Source: Tubiluchus corallicola (Eukaryota > Animalia > Priapulida). From it: 64,000 bases of DNA. The translations under genes and the position numbers were made by a program. Of this stretch, positions 49,845-64,000 are shown piece after piece; position 1 is the stretch's first letter; each line of letters opens with the position of its first letter. The stretch covers positions 248,001-312,000 of the forward strand of contig JAQGDQ010000145.1 in NCBI GenBank assembly GCA_030141605.1, given 5' to 3'. The notes beneath the pieces are model-generated. The model was given only the letters and a program-made list of their open reading frames with translations. It was not told the origin of the DNA and ran no database searches.

Positions 49845-49946
49845 ATGTGTGTGTGTGTGCGTGCGTGCGTGCGCGCGCGCGTGCGTGTGCGCGTGTGCGC
49901 GCGTGTGTGCGTGCGCGTGCGTGTGCGTGTGCGCGTGCGTGTGTGT
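49845..49946. repeat. Alternating purine-pyrimidine (GT/GC)n tract
   Basis: About 100 bp of uninterrupted tgtg/gcgc/gtgc alternation. Confidence 0.9.
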
Positions 49947-50163
49947 TACTATATGTCACCTTTGCATATGTTTCAGCGATTTATCACTAGTATCATATAA
50001 GTAGTTCTGAGTAATTGGGCACTTAGCACTATTAGAATGAGATCTCAAACCTATTGTGCAATGTTGAGCCGAAAGCTCGATTAGCAAATTGTATAATCTA
50101 TAATCGCAGCTTCCTAGCTTCAATTTTAGTTAACTCATACCTTCTACCGCATCTTCTGTCTTA

Positions 50164-50300
50164 TCATCATTATATGCCCATTACGTCAATTGTAGACATA
50201 GGGCAGGTAGAATTCTAAAATAAAAGAAATCTGCCCCCAAGACAGGTAAACGCAGCAGTGATCCAGCAAGAAGCTATGCCAGTGGTTGGTTAAGACCACA
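50164..50300 (-). mobile_element. Retroposon 3' end with (GAT)n tail, copy 2
   Basis: Reverse complement aligns with 24908-25050. Confidence 0.75.
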
Positions 50301-50358
50301 TTCTGTCTTATTAGCTTTTCAATTAATTGTTGTGAACAGCAATATTTTTCTTCTCGTG

Positions 50359-50730
50359 CAGGGCCGGATTTTGGGTCCTTAGACTAATAAAATTATGAGA
50401 ATCCTCAGACGGAGCCACCCTCTAACTCGCCCGCCCTGTCTTGAATGTTTTTTATTCAAGATATACTCTAGCGACATATACATAACTTGAAGTAAACTTA
50501 TTGCAAATTCTTTAAATAAACTAGAATATCTATCTTTTGTTTGTCAATAAAAATATTCTTTAAGAAATACCACTATTTTACTATTTATTGCAAACCAAAT
50601 TAACAATATTTCAACATAACCGTAGTGAAAAAACAGATTTTTTTCCAATTGCTAATAAAACTTAAGGGCCTCCAAACTTGAGAGGCTCTAGGTTGCAGCC
50701 TATACTAGCCTATAGCTTTTTCCGGCTCTG
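50359..50730. mobile_element. MITE with CAGGGCCGGA-type terminal inverted repeats (hAT-like)
   Basis: cagggccgga (50359-50368) and tccggctctg (50721-50730). The internal ~250 bp is repeated at ~53425-53675. No 8-bp TSD is retained. Confidence 0.65.
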
Positions 50731-52653
50731 CGAGTGACTATTGTACTTACTAAGTGTCTTGTTTACCAATGTTCTATAACCTACTACTCTACATTAAATT
50801 TTGATAGCATGTTGTTAAATAAGGTATGAAGATAAAGCAACAAGCATATATTTTGCGTTCCAGCTACAGAACTTTGCTGGAACATTATTATTCTGGCACA
50901 TTTCACTGGCTACCACGGCTACTGTCACATATATCTATCTTTCTACGAATTAATCCGTTTTTATAACGATGAATCTAGGTTCTCCTTACAATACATGCAC
51001 TTCTGGATATAAAACCGCGCATTATCTTTCACGATTCATGCATGGTTATAATAACGCAGAATTTTGCGAATATTTGCTAGCCTAGGAAATCAGACTCCTG
51101 TTCAAATAAATGATCGATTAATTGACTTTGGAAAAGTTTATATATCACCGTTGTAATACCGAAAGTGTGATAGTTCGACAAAACTAAAATTTTTAAAATT
51201 TAATCTCTTGCATAGTTAATTTATGAAGTTGTATTAATAATCAATGCACAGAAATAGACTGTAGAAGGTAAAAAATTATTATTACAGTAATAAGCGTTTA
51301 TTACGTAGCAACTTTTTAACATATCTGCGTCAATCATTTTATACGCTTTCTCATTATACGCAGCATAAATTCAGTGAGCGGTTAGAACACCTTTGGCCTT
51401 ACCTGGGGTAGTGATTTTCCCTCCTTATTAACGTCCATTATGGCTTCTGTGAATGGTAGGAAATCGATGGACCATTGTGTGCGATTCAGGCTCTGCAAGG
51501 CTAAGTGCGTTGTAATGTCGAAAGTTGGATTTGTTTTTCGAAAGTGGTTTGTTGATTGCAAAACGTTACTCCATCGATATTAGAGTATTGAAAAGTTTTC
51601 TCACTACGAAGCTGCTTACTGTATAGCATACATGTAGGTTAAAATGAGAGTCGACAGCGAAATGTCGCTGCATTTTACAAATAAAACTTACGTATGAAAT
51701 ACTGGTCGTCCAGAAAAAAAACTTCAATTCAACTACTAGTCGTAGGTTTTATCTTGTAGAGGCATTAGTAAAAGAAGCCGGTGAAGCCTTGAAGCCTTGG
51801 TTTCTCCTTGTTTCCAATAACTTTTCGTCCAAGACCACCACCTTTTGTCGCTAGGACGTTTTTCTAGACGGCGTTTCTCTAGAATGAACGCCATCTAGAA
51901 AAATGTTAATCATCATCGTCAACAACATCGGCTCGTTACCATCATCCTTTGAATGATTTGGCGTAGTGTTAGAATATTTAGAATATTTGGCTCAGTTATA
52001 AAAGATATTCTTCTTAATTAATTAACTGACTAATTAAAAATTGACTCTAAAATGGTTTGGAGGATTAGACTCCTAGGATTACGTAAGTTATTTATCGGCC
52101 TATCAGGTATCACCTGAGTAGCGGGTAATGTCGTTGCATACCGGTTTGTCAAAACAGAAATAGTAAAATTTACACTTCTGTCAGTGAAGGAAACATGAAG
52201 TAGTCGAGAAAGCAAACGTACACAATTTGCAGTACAAGGCAATCGAGCAACTTTGGTAATGTAGACTGATTTTGGATTCCCTTGTTGTATAGCCTCAAAA
52301 TGACAAGCGTTGTGAGAGGTCAAACTCACGTGAGCCTGTATTAAGAGAGTGAATATTTTTGAAGGCATTCTTACCACTTTTGTAGTGGGCTGTGTAGTTA
52401 CAAAGATAATCTGTTTATAGCACCTACGTACCTTCTAAACTGCAGGAAGTTGAGAACCCAAGTTATGCGCCCATTCCGGGGGGAGTGATGGCGTATCGTT
52501 ATGCGAGTCAGAAGCGATTTAACAGATAAATTAAATAACTTAGTTGTGTGAGAAAGTAATACCGTAGAAGGTGATAAACACCATGTGACTCACACTTTCT
52601 GACAAGTTTAAATTTATTTTGATTTTAGAAAAATCGTTCGAATGAGCTGAAAC

Positions 52654-61335
<8,682 letters not shown>

Positions 61336-61489
61336 GTACAACTGCTCCATATTTCTTTTCTGTATCTAAGCTACATTTGTCTCATAATCTAAAGTGATTT
61401 TTATATTTTTGACAGTTTTCTAAATGTTTGTCTTATTCTTTTGGTCACACGTTGGCGCACAGTTGTAGGCTTATATTGTTACCTCCTCT

Positions 61490-61812
<323 letters not shown>

Positions 61813-62324
61813 ATATATTATTAAAGCTGTTTAGGCTGATGTAGCTGATAAATTGATTCCCTTACATGAAGTCTACTGCAGCGATCAACATGTTCGAACA
61901 AAGTTTACCAAGCAAGTAAAGTGGCTCACCTGCAGTCGTAAATACCCACATGAGTGCTTGAATAGTTCCTAGTTAAACAATTTAATTAGTTTGAACTCCG
62001 AAATCAAATTCATCAGCAGGCGAAAATCGCGTCAAGTGCGTGTTTGCAGTTGTAATTTATCTACCGTTTCTTCGCCCCTTTTGCAACTTTTAAACAAAAG
62101 AAATTGCAAAACTTGTAAAGACTTAGTATAGCTGACTAATATTGGCAGTAGATATACTGATGTCCATAACACACATATCACAATCTATATGATACATAGA
62201 ATAGAATAAAATAAATTTATTATACAACAACAAATGCAACGATACGCTAATACAATAACAATATTAGGAAAGTTCTTGTAAGGAGGAAGAAGGAGCAAGT
62301 GCTTTCTAGCCTTCCTCCTACAAG

Positions 62325-62934
62325 TAGGGTTGCCACCACTCTTGATTTGACCCGGAGTCTTCTGAAATTCAGCCATAGATTCGTAGTTCGGTCGCATTTT
62401 TGGAAAATTCCGAAATCTCCTGATTTCGACCATCACATTGAAATTTAAGTGGAAAAAAGCAGAAATACAACTTGCATGCTGTCGAAACTTGCAAAAGATT
62501 AAGTCAAAAAACAGCTGAGTCTCTGTTAAGTACGGTAACAGTAAACCTAATAAATTAAGTTTAATCGGTTGCATGTGTACCTCTTCATCATTTTACCTCT
62601 TCTGCATTTTTCGCCGAATTTTGTTGCAGCGGCAAATGCTACAAGTGGAGTATTCCACCGCTTTAGTTTTAATTCACATAACAAAGGTGCATAATAATTT
62701 GATTGCTAAACCAATCCCAGAAACCTCATAAAACGTGAGAAATGTGCCTGTGATTGTGACTGTGACCGTGAGTTTAAATTTGTTGATTTTAGTTTTAAAA
62801 CATCTAAAATGCTGGAAATGCTTGGTTTCCTTGGCTCTATTCCCGGGCCCCTTTGGGGGAGCGTACAGGCCTCTTTACTTAACTTTTTAGCTCTTAACTC
62901 CTGACGTCGGTTCATGACAGGGTGGCAAGCGCTA
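62325..62934. mobile_element. Non-autonomous hAT-type DNA transposon (610 bp) with 8-bp target-site duplication
   Basis: TIRs are TAGGGTTGCCACC (62325) and GGTGGCAAGCGCTA (ending 62934). They are flanked by CCTACAAG (62317-62324) and CCTACAGG (62935-62942), a 7/8 match. An 8-bp TSD is characteristic of hAT elements. Confidence 0.75.
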
Positions 62935-63169
62935 CCTACAGGAGTATACCATAACTGATAACATCATTCTATAACTACATAAATTCATCTGAAAAACAAG
63001 ATTGCAAATGTCGGGAAAATTTAGGGAACAACTACCGGTACTACATCACTATGGCTTAACAATAGGTTAACACTTGAACAATTGAAAAGCTCTTAACACA
63101 GCTCTATGGTTCAAACTACGATACTGAGAACAGAAACAGCTAGAAAACATTTACTTGGCGAATTATGAA

Positions 63170-63330
63170 TAATGATCAAACAGAATTTGTTTAATTGACT
63201 TTTAAACTTCTTTTTAAACTTACTTAAATTAAACATTTTACATTCTTCGGGAATGTTCAACCAAAGTTTTATAGCACTATATTTAGTATTTTGCTGAAAA
63301 ATATTAGTCGAGTGGTGTGGCATAAAATAA
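63170..63330 (-). mobile_element. Decayed LINE ORF2 C-terminal fragment
   Basis: Translates as ...STNIFQQNTKYSAIKLWLNIPEECKMFNLSKFKKKFKSQL, matching the LW..LP..IK.....FKK.LK ending of CR1/L2-group RTs. Confidence 0.55.
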
Positions 63331-63384
63331 CTAGTAGATGTAAGAAATTAGAACTTGTAATCATTAGCTAGTGGACAATTATAA

Positions 63385-63870
63385 CGACAATTTAGTTCTA
63401 CCACACTTCTTATATGGATGTACGCTACTTCAAAAAACCAAAAGAGAAAATTACTTAAAATTAAATCTCCTTCAGAACTATGCGTTGAGATTGATAGCTG
63501 GATACTCACACAAACGTAAGGCAGGTAGACAAAAATTCAAAGCTTCAACAACTAACCCGAGAAAAACTTTAAAATTCCCGATCATTGAAGCACACGAAGA
63601 ATATTTTACTCTGCTTTTTATATTTAAATAAATTAACAACATCAGCAAACCATTCCAGAATAACAGATTTAGCTTTTTTCCAAATCCTATCGTTAATTCC
63701 AGAACAAGCAATCTAAAACAAATTAGGACAAACACCCACTACGGAACGAACTCCATAATCAAACAAGCAATTCTACTTTGGAATTCTCTACCATTACAGG
63801 TTAAACAAATCAAGTCCCTATCAGCATTTAAAACAAAATTAAAATCACTAATATTAACCAGATATGAAAT
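63385..63870 (+). mobile_element. 5'-truncated LINE (CR1/L2 group) ORF2 C-terminus
   Basis: LVLPHFLYGCTLL...LNLLQNYALRLI, and after frameshifts RTNTHYGTNSIIKQAILLWNSLPLQVKQIKSLSAFKTKLK. These are typical post-RT motifs. Confidence 0.7.
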
Positions 63871-64000
63871 ACCATCACACCAGTACGGCAACATACACAC
63901 TAATTCAGAATTCATATATCCACGGCCATATTAATTAAATCGTAGTTTTTTTCATTTTTAGTGCATAGTTGTAAATATGTTTGATTTTATTCGTCGTTAC

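Overview
AT-rich, intron-containing eukaryotic DNA from a bilaterian invertebrate; the species cannot be determined from the sequence. Five host genes were reconstructed by hand from ORFs and GT-AG splice sites. (1) An intronless fatty-acid-binding protein (462-866, +). (2) A five-exon somatomedin-B/thrombospondin-1 protein of the SBSPON/RPE-spondin type (8252-26055, +, 282 aa) with a 13.7-kb repeat-filled first intron. (3) A six-exon secreted chloride-dependent GH13 alpha-amylase (31487-35269, +, 716 aa) with a Gly/Thr/Pro linker and an extra ~190-aa C-terminal domain of the type known from Pseudoalteromonas haloplanktis amylase and some invertebrate amylases. (4) An intronless SLC16/MCT transporter (49440-48104, -) broken by a single frameshift. 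(5) The first six coding exons of an invertebrate-type dopamine transporter (52654->61335, +), which runs off the window and lies head-to-head with the MCT. The remainder is microsatellites, minisatellites, MITE/hAT-like elements, a Helentron-like (HINE) element, tRNA-derived SINEs and decayed LINE ends. The most notable oddities are the single-frameshift MCT, the amylase C-terminal module with a Lys chloride ligand, recurrent (TA)n-centred palindromes, and RNA-structure and splicing features around the transporter's EL2 exon. There are no prokaryotic features or CRISPR arrays. I found nothing I can claim as a demonstrably new system; the findings are leads to test.
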